Assembly: GCA_002713205.1 (NCBI GenBank)
Contig: PAVW01000018.1
Location: 5,474-37,473 of the forward strand
Direction of reading: 5' to 3'
Length of the DNA stretch: 32,000 nt
Source of the DNA: Nitrososphaerota archaeon
GTDB lineage: Archaea; Thermoproteota; Nitrososphaeria; Nitrososphaerales; UBA57
The translations under genes and the position numbers were made by a program. Shown here piece after piece: positions 1 through 9,570 of this stretch; positions within the stretch are counted from its first letter, which is position 1; the number at the start of each line of letters is the position of its first letter. Below the pieces are notes generated by a model that was not told the origin of the DNA, made no database searches, and saw only the letters and a list, made by a program, of their open reading frames with translations.

Positions 1-180
1 ACGCTTTATTTCAGACAGACTTAAGTTTAAATAAAAAACTACATCATGCTGTATTCATTATGCGTTTGTATTGTTGATGGAAGATTTTGTATAATGTTAG
101 TCTGAAGAACAAGATATTGACATATATAGTTCTGGACTAAACCATCGTACTTACCGGAATTATTATTTGGAAACTATTGT

Positions 181-186
181 AAAAAA
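181..186 (-). terminator. Oligo-T tract (T6 on minus strand) just downstream of the speB stop; possible archaeal-type terminator
   Basis: Plus strand reads aaaaaa at 181-186, which is TTTTTT on the coding strand 5-10 nt after the stop at 191-193. Archaeal termination commonly uses oligo-T tracts. The evidence is weak because the whole region is AT-rich. Confidence 0.3.
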
Positions 187-190
187 CTGC

Positions 191-1060
191 TTAGCGTTTA
201 TCTGCAATGCAAATCAGTTCTGATAGTAGCTTTGCGGCCAAAGCTGATGTCGAACCGTTGTCATATGTTGGTATGAGCTCTACAATGTCGAATCCTGTTA
301 GCTTGAAATCATCCAAACAATAAATAAATTCAAGTATCTCTCTACTTGACATACCATTTGCTTCAGGATTACCTACAGCTGGTGCAAATGCTGGATCCAT
401 TACATCCAAGTCGATACTTACGTATATATCATTTGAACTGCTTAACGTATCTTTAAATCGTTTTAATCCTGTATTCAAATCATAAATTTTTTCCATGTCG
501 ATTATTGTTATGTCGTCTTTGTTAACAAAATCCCATTCGTCTTTTGTAGCTGCTCTTGTTCCAATATGTATCAGATTTGAGATACATCCGTCCTCATACA
601 ATCTCCTGAGAAAAGTAGCATGACTTAATTTCAATCCCTCGAATTCATCTCTACAATCTAGATGGGCATCAAAAACTACTAATGTGCAGTTGTTGATAGC
701 TCTTACCGAACCATTGGTTAATGAATGATCTCCACCTAATATTGCAGGAATCTTACCATCTGTGATAATTTCTCTTGTAATTTCTTCGACCATCTTATTC
801 ATCTCATTTATGTCTCCAACTTTCGCTAAATTACCTAAATCTTTGATGTTGACATTTTCCAAGTCCTTTTCTAATCTTTTTGAATAAATTTCAATGTTCT
901 GGAAAGCTTCCCTAATTGCATTTGGAGCAAATCTTGATCCAATTCTATAAGTAGAAGTTGCATCAAAAGGTACTCCAAAAATATTTATTTTATCTTTATG
1001 ATTATTTGATAAATTTGTAATTAATGGCTCATTTGAAAGATAAAATTCTCTTTTGCTCAA
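191..1060 (-). CDS. speB: Agmatinase / arginase-family ureohydrolase
   Basis: 289-aa ORF with arginase-fold Mn-binding motifs in the translation (GGDHSLT, VVFDAHLD, SIDLDVMDPAFAP, GFDIVEL). There is no in-frame ATG near the N-terminus. The apparent TTG start overlaps the upstream dhs stop as TTGA. Confidence 0.85.
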   Translation of the reverse strand: MSKREFYLSNEPLITNLSNNHKDKINIFGVPFDATSTYRIGSRFAPNAIREAFQNIEIYSKRLEKDLENVNIKDLGNLAKVGDINEMNKMVEEITREIITDGKIPAILGGDHSLTNGSVRAINNCTLVVFDAHLDCRDEFEGLKLSHATFLRRLYEDGCISNLIHIGTRAATKDEWDFVNKDDITIIDMEKIYDLNTGLKRFKDTLSSSNDIYVSIDLDVMDPAFAPAVGNPEANGMSSREILEFIYCLDDFKLTGFDIVELIPTYDNGSTSALAAKLLSELICIADKR

Positions 1061-2028
1061 TTTTTTTTCTCCAATCTTTCTATTAATGCAGCTGCGATTA
1101 ATGGAAAAGCCATAGTAACTTCAGATACTAATACAATTTTGTTTCCATTTGGATTAATTTTTCCCCATGAAACTGCTTCTTCAGGTGGTGCACCAGATAA
1201 TCCTCCTGTTTCAGGTCTGTCTAAAGTTATTTGAATTACATGTTCGAGCATTTTGTTATTAAAGTAAAATGACTGAAATACAAAATTTTTCGGAACTCCT
1301 CCTCCAAGTATTATGGCACTAGCTTTTTCTTCCTTTGCTCTTATATCCCAAATATCTTGTAAATCTTTGAAAACATCTACATTTAGCTTACCTGGTTTTT
1401 TTCTGTTAAATATTGCTGCTTGTAATCCAAAAACTGAATCATGTATTGTGGGTACAAATACTTTAACATTGGATTTATAACATGCTTTAAGAATTGATTC
1501 AGGTTTGTCAGGAATTCTTTTTGCTATTTCATTCATAAGCTCAGAAATTGATAACGTTCTTGATTTTACGGCATTTGTAATATCGTCATATAGTTCCAAA
1601 AGCGGTTCATCAAATTTTGATTGAAATTCATCTTCTGATACTAAGACGTCGTATATTCTGTCAATTTTTTGTTTCAATAATTTATCATCATGCATAGTTG
1701 GAGATCCTTTATAGAAATTACCGCCATAAGCTATCATTACATCATGAACTAAATTTGCGCCCGTTGTAACAATTGAATTTACTAGTTTTCTATTTACTAA
1801 TTCAATTATTACTTTATTCAAACCTGCTGGAACTAATGCACCGGAAAGAGATAGAAATATGTATGAATTTTCTTTTATCATTTGTTCATACGTATCTACT
1901 GCTTTTGAAAGCATTCCAGACATAAAGGAACCTGAATTGCCCATTTCTACTATTAATTCATTTACAGTCATATTTGGCCATACTTCCATGGGCTTGACTT
2001 TCTCTCTTTTGAATATATCTTCATTCAT
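1057..2028 (-). CDS. dys: Deoxyhypusine synthase
   Basis: About 323 aa with the GGGVPKNF motif. The C-terminal EEAVSWGK segment matches the context of the catalytic lysine in characterised deoxyhypusine synthases. The ORF track opens at a TTG (2034); the first ATG is two codons in (2028). Confidence 0.85.
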   Translation of the reverse strand: MNEDIFKREKVKPMEVWPNMTVNELIVEMGNSGSFMSGMLSKAVDTYEQMIKENSYIFLSLSGALVPAGLNKVIIELVNRKLVNSIVTTGANLVHDVMIAYGGNFYKGSPTMHDDKLLKQKIDRIYDVLVSEDEFQSKFDEPLLELYDDITNAVKSRTLSISELMNEIAKRIPDKPESILKACYKSNVKVFVPTIHDSVFGLQAAIFNRKKPGKLNVDVFKDLQDIWDIRAKEEKASAIILGGGVPKNFVFQSFYFNNKMLEHVIQITLDRPETGGLSGAPPEEAVSWGKINPNGNKIVLVSEVTMAFPLIAAALIERLEKKN

Positions 2029-2118
2029 CTGCAAAATCTCATTATATTAACTATATAAAAAACAGTAGTGTTTTTATATTCACTTCTCTGGCCAGAATAA
2101 ATCTTCTAATTTTGTCGC

Positions 2119-4614
2119 TCACAATATCTCATCGAATGAATATCCTAACGAATCTAATAATTGATCAAATGTACTTTGCATCAAATTTTCATATTTTCTT
2201 TTATCTATATCTTGTTTTTTTGCTAATTGTAATGGTTTTACACCTTCTCCACCAATCGTTTTTACAAATGTAATAATATCGCCTTTTTTCTTATCTTCAT
2301 TTAATAATTTTGCCGCTCTGACATGTTGTGGCACTGTTCCTGTATACATGTTAATCGGTTTACTTAACATTATATTAAATGCAAGTTTTTCTAATGGAAT
2401 CTCTTCATTTTTTAATAATCGATTTCTTTTTTTAATATCTATACGAATATTGTTTTTGGCATTTTCAAAATCTTCAGAAGTTTCAACTAGACTTAATTCA
2501 TTTATTGCTGAATAAAATGCATCTTTAATAAATAGAGGAATATGGCTTTTTTTACCAGTAAACCCTTTGATATCTACAGTTCCATCTTTCATTACTCCGA
2601 AGTAGTTTTTTTTCAGTGTTGAAAAAGCTACATATCTGTATGTTTTGTCTAAATCTAACTCCATTTCTAATTTTTTATTAGCCCAATTTCGCATTATTTC
2701 AATTTTGTTGTTATCTATTGATTTTATAAATAAAGAATCTGTATCGCCATAAATCACTTCTATGTCATTTCGTTGAGCCTCTTCTATAGTTTCTTTAATG
2801 ATATTTCTTCCAATAGCTGTAGTTGCATCAGCAACTGGTAGATAATATAAAGGAAACATTTCTGCTCCTAATGCCCCATAGCTTGCATTTAGAATTACTT
2901 TCAATGCTTGTGAAACTACCGAATATAATTCCTGTTCATTTTTTGATAGTCCTTTCATTTTTGGCAATTGTTTATAGTATTTAATTCGAATATCACGTAA
3001 TGAACCTATTAATGTCGATGCGATTCCTTTTCTTTGTTTACATAGCCAGTGATTTGTACCTTTGATGATGTTTTGTTTATCCTCTTTATGGTTACAACGA
3101 ACTGTTTCATATGATAAATTATGCACTTTAATAATACTTGGATAGAGGCTTGCAAAATCAAGAACTGTGACATTGAAGTGTATTCCTGATTTAGGTTCAA
3201 ATACCATTCCACCTTGATATTTTTTACCTTTAATTGTAGCTGAAGAAATTACTTCTTCTTCAAATTTTAGATCATCTTTTCTTGGTATTAATGCATTAGC
3301 TGTTCTATGTTCAAAATAAAGCATACTTCTAATCCAATTTGAAACACCTAGTCTTGACACATCATTAATAGGCATCTTTGCAATTCTTGAAATAACTAGT
3401 AATAATTTCATGAGCAAGTCATCGTTAAAACTAGTCAGTTCATAAGTGATTAACGCATCATTATAATTATATTTTGCAAGTTCATAATCTGGCAGTTCAC
3501 TTATCGAACCTTCGAATTCAATTTTTGATTTGCCAATTAGTGCTGAACTTACTGCATTTAATGTATGTTCTTTGTATTTATTTCCAAATGCATAAATCTG
3601 AATTGATCTATTGATAAATGTTCTATACAGATCTATGTGTATCCCGTGTTTCAAATTAGCTTCTATTCTTCCCATTTGTATGGGTATGTTGATTTTATTA
3701 ATTCCAATTTTATTTGCACGATTGTGAAGGTATTTTAAATCAAAATCGTCACCATTGTATGTAATGACACATGGATATTTCCGTAGAATTTCAAATGTAT
3801 TTTCTAATAGCTCTTTTTCTCCGTTAACAAATTTTATACGTACATCTTTCTCTGATGTATTTTTACCAATTGGATGTTCTTTTTCTTTACGAATAATTAC
3901 TTGTTTTAAATTATCACTTCCTACAAAAGCAATTGATCTTATTGGATATTCTGCTTCATCTGCATCAGGGAATTTATTTATTTCATTTGAAAACACTTCT
4001 ATATCTAATGATACTCTCTTTATTTCTGGAAGTGGTTGATCTAGTAATTTTGCCCAATTGATGATTTTTTCGTTTAATTCGGTCTCGTTATCATTTAATT
4101 CTTGTTTTAATATTGTTTGAGCTTGTTTTGATAAGTTGAATTCTATTGGTATGATTTTATTATTAATGATTTTATAAAAAATACCGGGAATTAATCCATT
4201 GTCATACATGTAATTTTCATAATATTTGATATCAGCTTCCCAGCATTTTATTAAGTTTCTAAGGCTATTGTCTATTCCTCCTATTACTAGTGGATTGTCA
4301 GCTATTACTTTCCATAGTTCTATTTTTTTGTCTTGTAATAGGTCTGTTTTTGTAGTTTTTTCAATTTTTAATATTTTTCCTGGTAAATTATTTTTTGTTT
4401 TTAATTCATTTAAAAAATTACTGTCTATTCCGTCACGTCCAATTAAACAATATGGCTTATGATCTGACTTATCATACCAGTGATAAATTTCCTTACTTTT
4501 TGGTTCGTAGAATTTTAATACTGCTTTTTTTTTGAATCCATCATATGTTGCTGATATCAATAACATTTCGATATTTTCGTATTTATTTTGATTACTTGGA
4601 GTTTTTAATGACAT
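2119..4614 (-). CDS. polB: Family-B DNA polymerase (archaeal PolB)
   Basis: 831 aa. Exonuclease motifs are LDIEVFS (Exo I), YNGDDFDLKYL (Exo II) and YNYNDALITYEL (Exo III). Polymerase motifs are DFASLYPSII (A), KVILNASYG (B) and YGDTDS (C). The ORF is uninterrupted, with no intein-like insertion. Confidence 0.92.
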   Translation of the reverse strand: MSLKTPSNQNKYENIEMLLISATYDGFKKKAVLKFYEPKSKEIYHWYDKSDHKPYCLIGRDGIDSNFLNELKTKNNLPGKILKIEKTTKTDLLQDKKIELWKVIADNPLVIGGIDNSLRNLIKCWEADIKYYENYMYDNGLIPGIFYKIINNKIIPIEFNLSKQAQTILKQELNDNETELNEKIINWAKLLDQPLPEIKRVSLDIEVFSNEINKFPDADEAEYPIRSIAFVGSDNLKQVIIRKEKEHPIGKNTSEKDVRIKFVNGEKELLENTFEILRKYPCVITYNGDDFDLKYLHNRANKIGINKINIPIQMGRIEANLKHGIHIDLYRTFINRSIQIYAFGNKYKEHTLNAVSSALIGKSKIEFEGSISELPDYELAKYNYNDALITYELTSFNDDLLMKLLLVISRIAKMPINDVSRLGVSNWIRSMLYFEHRTANALIPRKDDLKFEEEVISSATIKGKKYQGGMVFEPKSGIHFNVTVLDFASLYPSIIKVHNLSYETVRCNHKEDKQNIIKGTNHWLCKQRKGIASTLIGSLRDIRIKYYKQLPKMKGLSKNEQELYSVVSQALKVILNASYGALGAEMFPLYYLPVADATTAIGRNIIKETIEEAQRNDIEVIYGDTDSLFIKSIDNNKIEIMRNWANKKLEMELDLDKTYRYVAFSTLKKNYFGVMKDGTVDIKGFTGKKSHIPLFIKDAFYSAINELSLVETSEDFENAKNNIRIDIKKRNRLLKNEEIPLEKLAFNIMLSKPINMYTGTVPQHVRAAKLLNEDKKKGDIITFVKTIGGEGVKPLQLAKKQDIDKRKYENLMQSTFDQLLDSLGYSFDEIL

Positions 4615-4691
4615 TTTGTCCTTATTTTTATATATTATTTAAAAATATAAAGAAATAACAAGTTTAATTGTAAAGGATATATGGTAATTAT

Positions 4692-5042
4692 ATGAAAAAA
4701 TTCACTTCAATTTTTTTAATATTTCTTGGTATATATTGGTTAATTTCTTTTATACAACAGGGTTATTTTTGGTCAATTATTCCTGCTCTGATTAGTTTTC
4801 TTACCTCTTTTTTGCTTTTATCTAATTATTTCTCAAATCTATTGGAAAAACTGTTAATTTCATCACTTGTTTATAATTTAATTTTGACTTCATATCAGGT
4901 ATACGTTTCTACATCTGTGTTGTTATTTCGTCCTCTTCCTATTGAATTCTTCATTGTCGGATTAAATGTTGTGTTCAGTATTTTATTGCTTTTTATCTTA
5001 CGACGATATTATTTGAATAAATCAAATTTTCTTACACCCTAA
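4692..5042 (+). CDS. Hypothetical small multi-pass membrane protein
   Basis: 116-aa ORF made of several long hydrophobic segments. It is divergent from polB and I recognise no family. Confidence 0.45.
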   Translation: MKKFTSIFLIFLGIYWLISFIQQGYFWSIIPALISFLTSFLLLSNYFSNLLEKLLISSLVYNLILTSYQVYVSTSVLLFRPLPIEFFIVGLNVVFSILLLFILRRYYLNKSNFLTP

Positions 5043-5115
5043 TAATCTGTTTTTTTTAAATTTTCTTGATTATTCATTTTTATATACTTTTGTACTGAAA
5101 TTATATTAATCTAAT

Positions 5116-6138
5116 ATGGATATTGAAGAAAAAATTAATCTCGTTAACAGATTTCCTACTGAGGAAATTATCCAAGAAGAAGAATTAAATCATTTATTTC
5201 AAACCAATAACGCGCCAAAACATTATCTTGGAATTGAGCTTTCTGGTATTTTACATCTTGGTAGTTTGTTAATAACTGGTTTTAAAATTAATGATTTTAT
5301 TAAAGCTGGTATAAATACTTCTGTATATCTGGCTGATTGGCACAGTTTTATTAATAATAAATTTAGTGGAAATTGGGATGAAATTCAAAAAATTATAAAA
5401 TATTATGATGAAGCTTTTAGATTTTTTTGCCCTGGTGTTAAAATAATTCGAAGCGCCGAATTATATCATAATAATGATGACTATTGGAAAAATCTTGTCC
5501 AATTTTCTAAACACATGACCTTGTCTAGAGCTGTTCGATGTTTGACAATAATGGGAAGAACAGAAAAAGATCAATTAGATCTTGCACAGTATTTGTACCC
5601 ATCAATGCAAGCTGTAGATATTAAAGAACTAGATCTTGATATTGTTCACGCTGGTACTGATCAAAGAAAAATTCATATGCTTGTTAGAGAAGTATTTCCT
5701 AAATTGAAATGGAAAGTTCCTGTCGCAGTACATCATCATCTTATTCCTGGATTACGAAGTACAGAGGGTGATACATCAACACTATTTAATAAAATGAGTA
5801 AATCGAATCCAAAAAGTTCTATCTTTATTCATGATTCAGAACCTGAAATTATGGCTAAGATTAAACTTGCTTGGGCAAAACAAGGCGTTATTGATAATAA
5901 TCCAATTCTAGAATATGCTAAATATATTATATTTCATGAATATGATTCTTTTACAATAGAAAGATCAAGTAAATTTGGTGGAGATATGTCTTTTTCTAAT
6001 TATACTGAATTAGAATTAGAATATAAAACTGGAAAAATCCATCCACTTGATTTGAAATTATCTGTCGGTCGAAAAATTAATGAAATCGTTGCTCCAATTC
6101 GTGAACATTTTTCAAATAAAAAGGAATTATTTTGTTAA
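5116..6138 (+). CDS. tyrS: Tyrosyl-tRNA synthetase, archaeal type
   Basis: 340 aa class-I aaRS with a HIGH-type element (SGILHLGS) and KMSKS (FNKMSKSNP). Colinear resemblance to the archaeal TyrRS I recall from M. jannaschii (DQRKIHML, DSEPEI..KIK.A, NPILEYAKY, KFGGD, HPLDLK, PIRE). Confidence 0.85.
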   Translation: MDIEEKINLVNRFPTEEIIQEEELNHLFQTNNAPKHYLGIELSGILHLGSLLITGFKINDFIKAGINTSVYLADWHSFINNKFSGNWDEIQKIIKYYDEAFRFFCPGVKIIRSAELYHNNDDYWKNLVQFSKHMTLSRAVRCLTIMGRTEKDQLDLAQYLYPSMQAVDIKELDLDIVHAGTDQRKIHMLVREVFPKLKWKVPVAVHHHLIPGLRSTEGDTSTLFNKMSKSNPKSSIFIHDSEPEIMAKIKLAWAKQGVIDNNPILEYAKYIIFHEYDSFTIERSSKFGGDMSFSNYTELELEYKTGKIHPLDLKLSVGRKINEIVAPIREHFSNKKELFC

Positions 6139-6175
6139 TATAAAGAATATTAATAGTTATGATTGTTATTGGTAG

Positions 6176-7402
6176 ATGTATAATATCATGGTCTTATCGC
6201 TTGATTCAATTTTTAGTCAATATCCAATATTGTTGAATATTATTCCTATTGTAATTCTTATTTTTATTTCATATGTTGCATTCAAATTTAGTCGAATTCT
6301 ACTTATTAAAATTCTTATTCCACAAATAAAAAAATCTAAAACACAACTTGACGATTCGTTTATTAAAAATAAATTATTTATGAAAATTTCTTATGTAGTT
6401 CCTATAATTATAATATATAATTTTTCATTTATTATTACTGATAATTTAACTATATCTGTCTCTTTTTTGGATCTTATAATTACTATTATTAGTATATTTA
6501 TATTTGCTCGAATTATTGATGCATTGCTATCATCAATAAATGACACTTATTCAAAAAAATATAAAAGAATGCCTTTAAAAAGTTATATTCAAATTGTTAA
6601 AATTTTTGTTTTTATCTTTGCCGTATTACTAGCGATTTCAGTATTATCGGGACGATCTCCTTGGGTATTGCTTGGAAGTTTAGGTGCTATAAGCGCAGTA
6701 TTATTATTGATTTTTCGTGATACTATACTTTCATTTATGGCAAATTTACAGATTTCATCAAATAATCTTATTCAATTAAATGATTGGGTTGAAGCACCTG
6801 CTTTTGGTGCAGATGGAGATGTCATAGAAATAGCATTGCATACGATTAAAGTTCAAAATTGGGATAAAACTATCACTGTAATCCCAACACACAAATTGAT
6901 TGATGAATCTTTTAAGAACTGGCGTGGAATGCAGGACAGTGGTGGTCGAAGAATAAAACGTGCAATTAATATTGATATGTCTTCGATAAAATTCTGCGAT
7001 GAATCTATGATTAAAAAATACATGCAAATTGACTTGTTATCTGATTATTTGAAGGGAAAAATCAATGATATTGGTAAATCAAAAAAGGGAAAAAGTATTA
7101 ATGTTGCTCTAAATTCACGACAATTAACTAACGTAGGTACTTTTCGAGAGTATATTAAAGCATATCTAAGAAATCATGCAAAAGTTAATCATGATATGAC
7201 TTTTTTAATACGTCAACTGCGCCCAACTGAAAATGGCCTTCCTTTAGAAATTTACGTGTTTAGTAATGACAATGAATGGGTTAATTATGAAAATATACAA
7301 GCTGATATATTTGATCATCTTCTTGCTTCTGTTTCTTATTTTGATTTACGTGTTTTTCAACATCCTTCGGGTTATGATTTTAATAAATTTTCAAATAATT
7401 AG
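6176..7402 (+). CDS. Mechanosensitive ion channel, MscS family (YbdG/MscM-like size)
   Basis: 408 aa. A multi-TM N-terminal half is followed by the MscS beta-domain signature (GDVIEIALHTIKVQNWDKTITVIPTHKLIDESFKNW) and an alpha/beta C-terminal domain. An alternative ATG lies at 6188. Confidence 0.8.
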   Translation: MYNIMVLSLDSIFSQYPILLNIIPIVILIFISYVAFKFSRILLIKILIPQIKKSKTQLDDSFIKNKLFMKISYVVPIIIIYNFSFIITDNLTISVSFLDLIITIISIFIFARIIDALLSSINDTYSKKYKRMPLKSYIQIVKIFVFIFAVLLAISVLSGRSPWVLLGSLGAISAVLLLIFRDTILSFMANLQISSNNLIQLNDWVEAPAFGADGDVIEIALHTIKVQNWDKTITVIPTHKLIDESFKNWRGMQDSGGRRIKRAINIDMSSIKFCDESMIKKYMQIDLLSDYLKGKINDIGKSKKGKSINVALNSRQLTNVGTFREYIKAYLRNHAKVNHDMTFLIRQLRPTENGLPLEIYVFSNDNEWVNYENIQADIFDHLLASVSYFDLRVFQHPSGYDFNKFSNN

Positions 7403-7411
7403 GTAGTTTAT

Positions 7412-8515
7412 ATGAAAAAAAATTTTTTTGTGAACCAGCCATTATTTGATAATGCCGAAATTAATGTAGTTCAAAAAATAATTCAGAATGGATTATTAAG
7501 CAGTTCTAATATAAATGGTGGTGAATTTGTACAAAAATTTGAAAAACAAATTCAAAAATATTTACATGTTAAACATGCCGTCGCTGTAAATTCTGGTACT
7601 TCTGCATTATTTGCCTCACTTCTCTCTCTTGATATAAAAACTGGTGACGAGGTAATTATTCCTTCATTTAGTTTTAGTGCTACTGCAAGTGCAGTTATTG
7701 CTACTGGTGCTAAGCCTGTTTTTACTGATATATCGCCTTCTAATTTTAATATTGATCCATCGAAAATTCAAAAAAATATTTCAACCAAAACAAAAGCTAT
7801 AATTCCTGTTCATTTATATGGATATCCTGTAAATATGCATGAAATAAATGAAATTGCTTCTTCTAATAATCTCCCAGTTATTGAAGATGGTGCACAATCT
7901 TTAGGTTCTCAGTATTATGATAAAATGTGTGGTGCATTGGGAACTATTGGGTGTACTAGTTTTTACCCCACTAAAGTAATAACTTCAGGCGAAGGAGGAA
8001 TTATATCTACTAATGACGATGAAATCTATGATAATTTATTAAAAATTCGCAATCATGGATTTAATATTAATAATCAAACTACTAGACTTGGATTAAATTT
8101 TAGAATGCCTGAAATTGAAGCTTCTATTGTTTCTATTCAATTAAATAAATTAGGTAATTTTATAAAAATTCGTCAACGTAATGCAAAATTATTATCCGAT
8201 CTTTTAGAAAATTACATTGATATACCCGATATTAATTCTAATATTGTTCCTAATTGGTATTTGTATACCGTATCAGTTCATAATAATCGTTCTTATATTG
8301 TTAATTTTCTTAAAACGCATGGCATTCATTCTGCGATTTATTATGACACGCCAATTCATCTGATGCCTTTTTATTCTCAATTAGTTGGACCTATATCTTT
8401 ACCAAATACTGAAGTTGCTGCAAAAGAAGTTTTATCTTTACCAATTCATCAAGGATTGGATATTGTTGATATTGAATTTATTGCTGATGGTTTCTTACAA
8501 GCATTAAAAAATTAA
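7412..8515 (+). CDS. DegT/DnrJ/EryC1/StrS-family PLP-dependent sugar aminotransferase
   Basis: 367 aa with family hallmarks: AVNSGTSAL, the IPVHLYG...DGAQSLG region, SFYPTKVITSGEGG (PLP-lysine context) and IRNHG. Confidence 0.8.
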   Translation: MKKNFFVNQPLFDNAEINVVQKIIQNGLLSSSNINGGEFVQKFEKQIQKYLHVKHAVAVNSGTSALFASLLSLDIKTGDEVIIPSFSFSATASAVIATGAKPVFTDISPSNFNIDPSKIQKNISTKTKAIIPVHLYGYPVNMHEINEIASSNNLPVIEDGAQSLGSQYYDKMCGALGTIGCTSFYPTKVITSGEGGIISTNDDEIYDNLLKIRNHGFNINNQTTRLGLNFRMPEIEASIVSIQLNKLGNFIKIRQRNAKLLSDLLENYIDIPDINSNIVPNWYLYTVSVHNNRSYIVNFLKTHGIHSAIYYDTPIHLMPFYSQLVGPISLPNTEVAAKEVLSLPIHQGLDIVDIEFIADGFLQALKN

Positions 8516-8534
8516 TTCGTTTCCATGATGATAT

Positions 8535-9263
8535 ATGAAAACAATTGCTATAATTATTCCAACTTATAATGAAAAGAATAATATTCAAAAATTAATTTAT
8601 GAATTATCTTCTGTATTTATTGATACTGATTATAAAATTCATGTAATAGTTATTGATGATAATAGTCCTGACGGAACTGCTAATGTTGTTAAAAATATTC
8701 CTCAAAATGATTTTTCTGTATCTCTAATTACTAGAAAAGAAAAAATGGGATTAGGTTCTGCTTATCTTGAAGGATATAAATGGTGTATAGATAATAATTT
8801 TCAATATATACTTCAAATGGATGCTGATCTATCACATCCGCCTTCTACTGCTCCAACTTTAGCATCATCTATAGAAAATGGTTATGATGTTGCTATTGCT
8901 TCCCGTTATGTCGAACATGGTGGTGTAAGTTCCTGGCCGATTCATCGTCGATTTATAAGTTTTTTTGCAAATCTTTTAGTTAAGATATTTTTGCGCACTA
9001 ATATTAATGATAATACTACTGGTTTTCGTGCCTTTAATCTTAAAACTATAAAATTACTTGTTGAATATAATATTCAATCTAAAGGTTTCTCTTATCTTAT
9101 AGAATCAATGTATTTATTTCACCTCAAAAACTTGCGTATTCAAGAAATTCCATTTATTTTTCAAGAAAGAAATACAGGACAAACAAAATTATCATATTTT
9201 GAAATAATTCGATTTTTATTATCTATTTTTCGTATTTTATTTACTGGACTTAAAAAAACATAA
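8535..9263 (+). CDS. GT2 glycosyltransferase, dolichyl/polyprenyl-phosphate hexose synthase (Dpm1-like)
   Basis: 242 aa with IIIPTYNEKNNI, VIDDNSPDGT, QMDADLSHPP and ASRY..GG, typical of the Dpm1-type GT2 catalytic domain. It lies adjacent to the sugar aminotransferase. Confidence 0.8.
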   Translation: MKTIAIIIPTYNEKNNIQKLIYELSSVFIDTDYKIHVIVIDDNSPDGTANVVKNIPQNDFSVSLITRKEKMGLGSAYLEGYKWCIDNNFQYILQMDADLSHPPSTAPTLASSIENGYDVAIASRYVEHGGVSSWPIHRRFISFFANLLVKIFLRTNINDNTTGFRAFNLKTIKLLVEYNIQSKGFSYLIESMYLFHLKNLRIQEIPFIFQERNTGQTKLSYFEIIRFLLSIFRILFTGLKKT

Positions 9264-9299
9264 TAAATGAATTCATTTTTATAATAATAAATATATGTG

Positions 9300-9497
9300 A
9301 TGAATATCTTTCATACTTTGAATTTCATGGAATCTGATAGTGGTGAATTTGGTAGTATTTTATATGAATGCGTTCGATGTTCAATTACTGTACCTCTTGA
9401 AGAACTTAATAAACTACCAGAAATCAAATGCATTTGTGGTTATAGGATATTGAAAAAGATTCGACCATCAGTTGCTAAAGTCATTAAGAGTTATTGA
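9300..9497 (+). CDS. rpoP: DNA-directed RNA polymerase subunit P (Rpo12/RPABC4)
   Basis: YECVRCSITVPLEELNKLPEIKCICGYRILKKIRPSVAKVIKSY aligns colinearly with crenarchaeal RpoP as I recall it (YRCGKC...LPGVRCPYCGYKI...RKP...VKAI). The true start may be the internal ATG at 9327. The second zinc knuckle is C-x-C here rather than C-x-x-C. Confidence 0.75.
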   Translation: MNIFHTLNFMESDSGEFGSILYECVRCSITVPLEELNKLPEIKCICGYRILKKIRPSVAKVIKSY

Positions 9498-9570
9498 TTA
9501 TTTCAATATTGTCGAAAATTCTTTATATGTTTAGTTTATTTTATAAGTTTAGAATTATTGATTTTTTATT

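Noticed and set aside
1-190. C/D-box-like elements: TGATGG at 75-80 with CTGA at 102-105 on the plus strand, and ATGATGT (41-47) with CTGA (11-14) on the minus strand. I also looked for a possible partial ORF at the window edge.
   Set aside because: The box pairs are only about 32-37 nt apart, too short for a C/D' /C'/D sRNA. The boxes are imperfect and one candidate contains an internal T-run. No frame is open long enough to support a gene.
1859-4462. Track ORFs 1859-2050(+), 3009-3212(-), 3755-4039(+) and 4226-4462(+)
   Set aside because: All are nested in or antisense to the well-supported dhs and polB genes. Their low-complexity Phe/Ile/Ser-rich translations are typical of the reverse strand of AT-rich coding DNA, and none has a recognisable motif.
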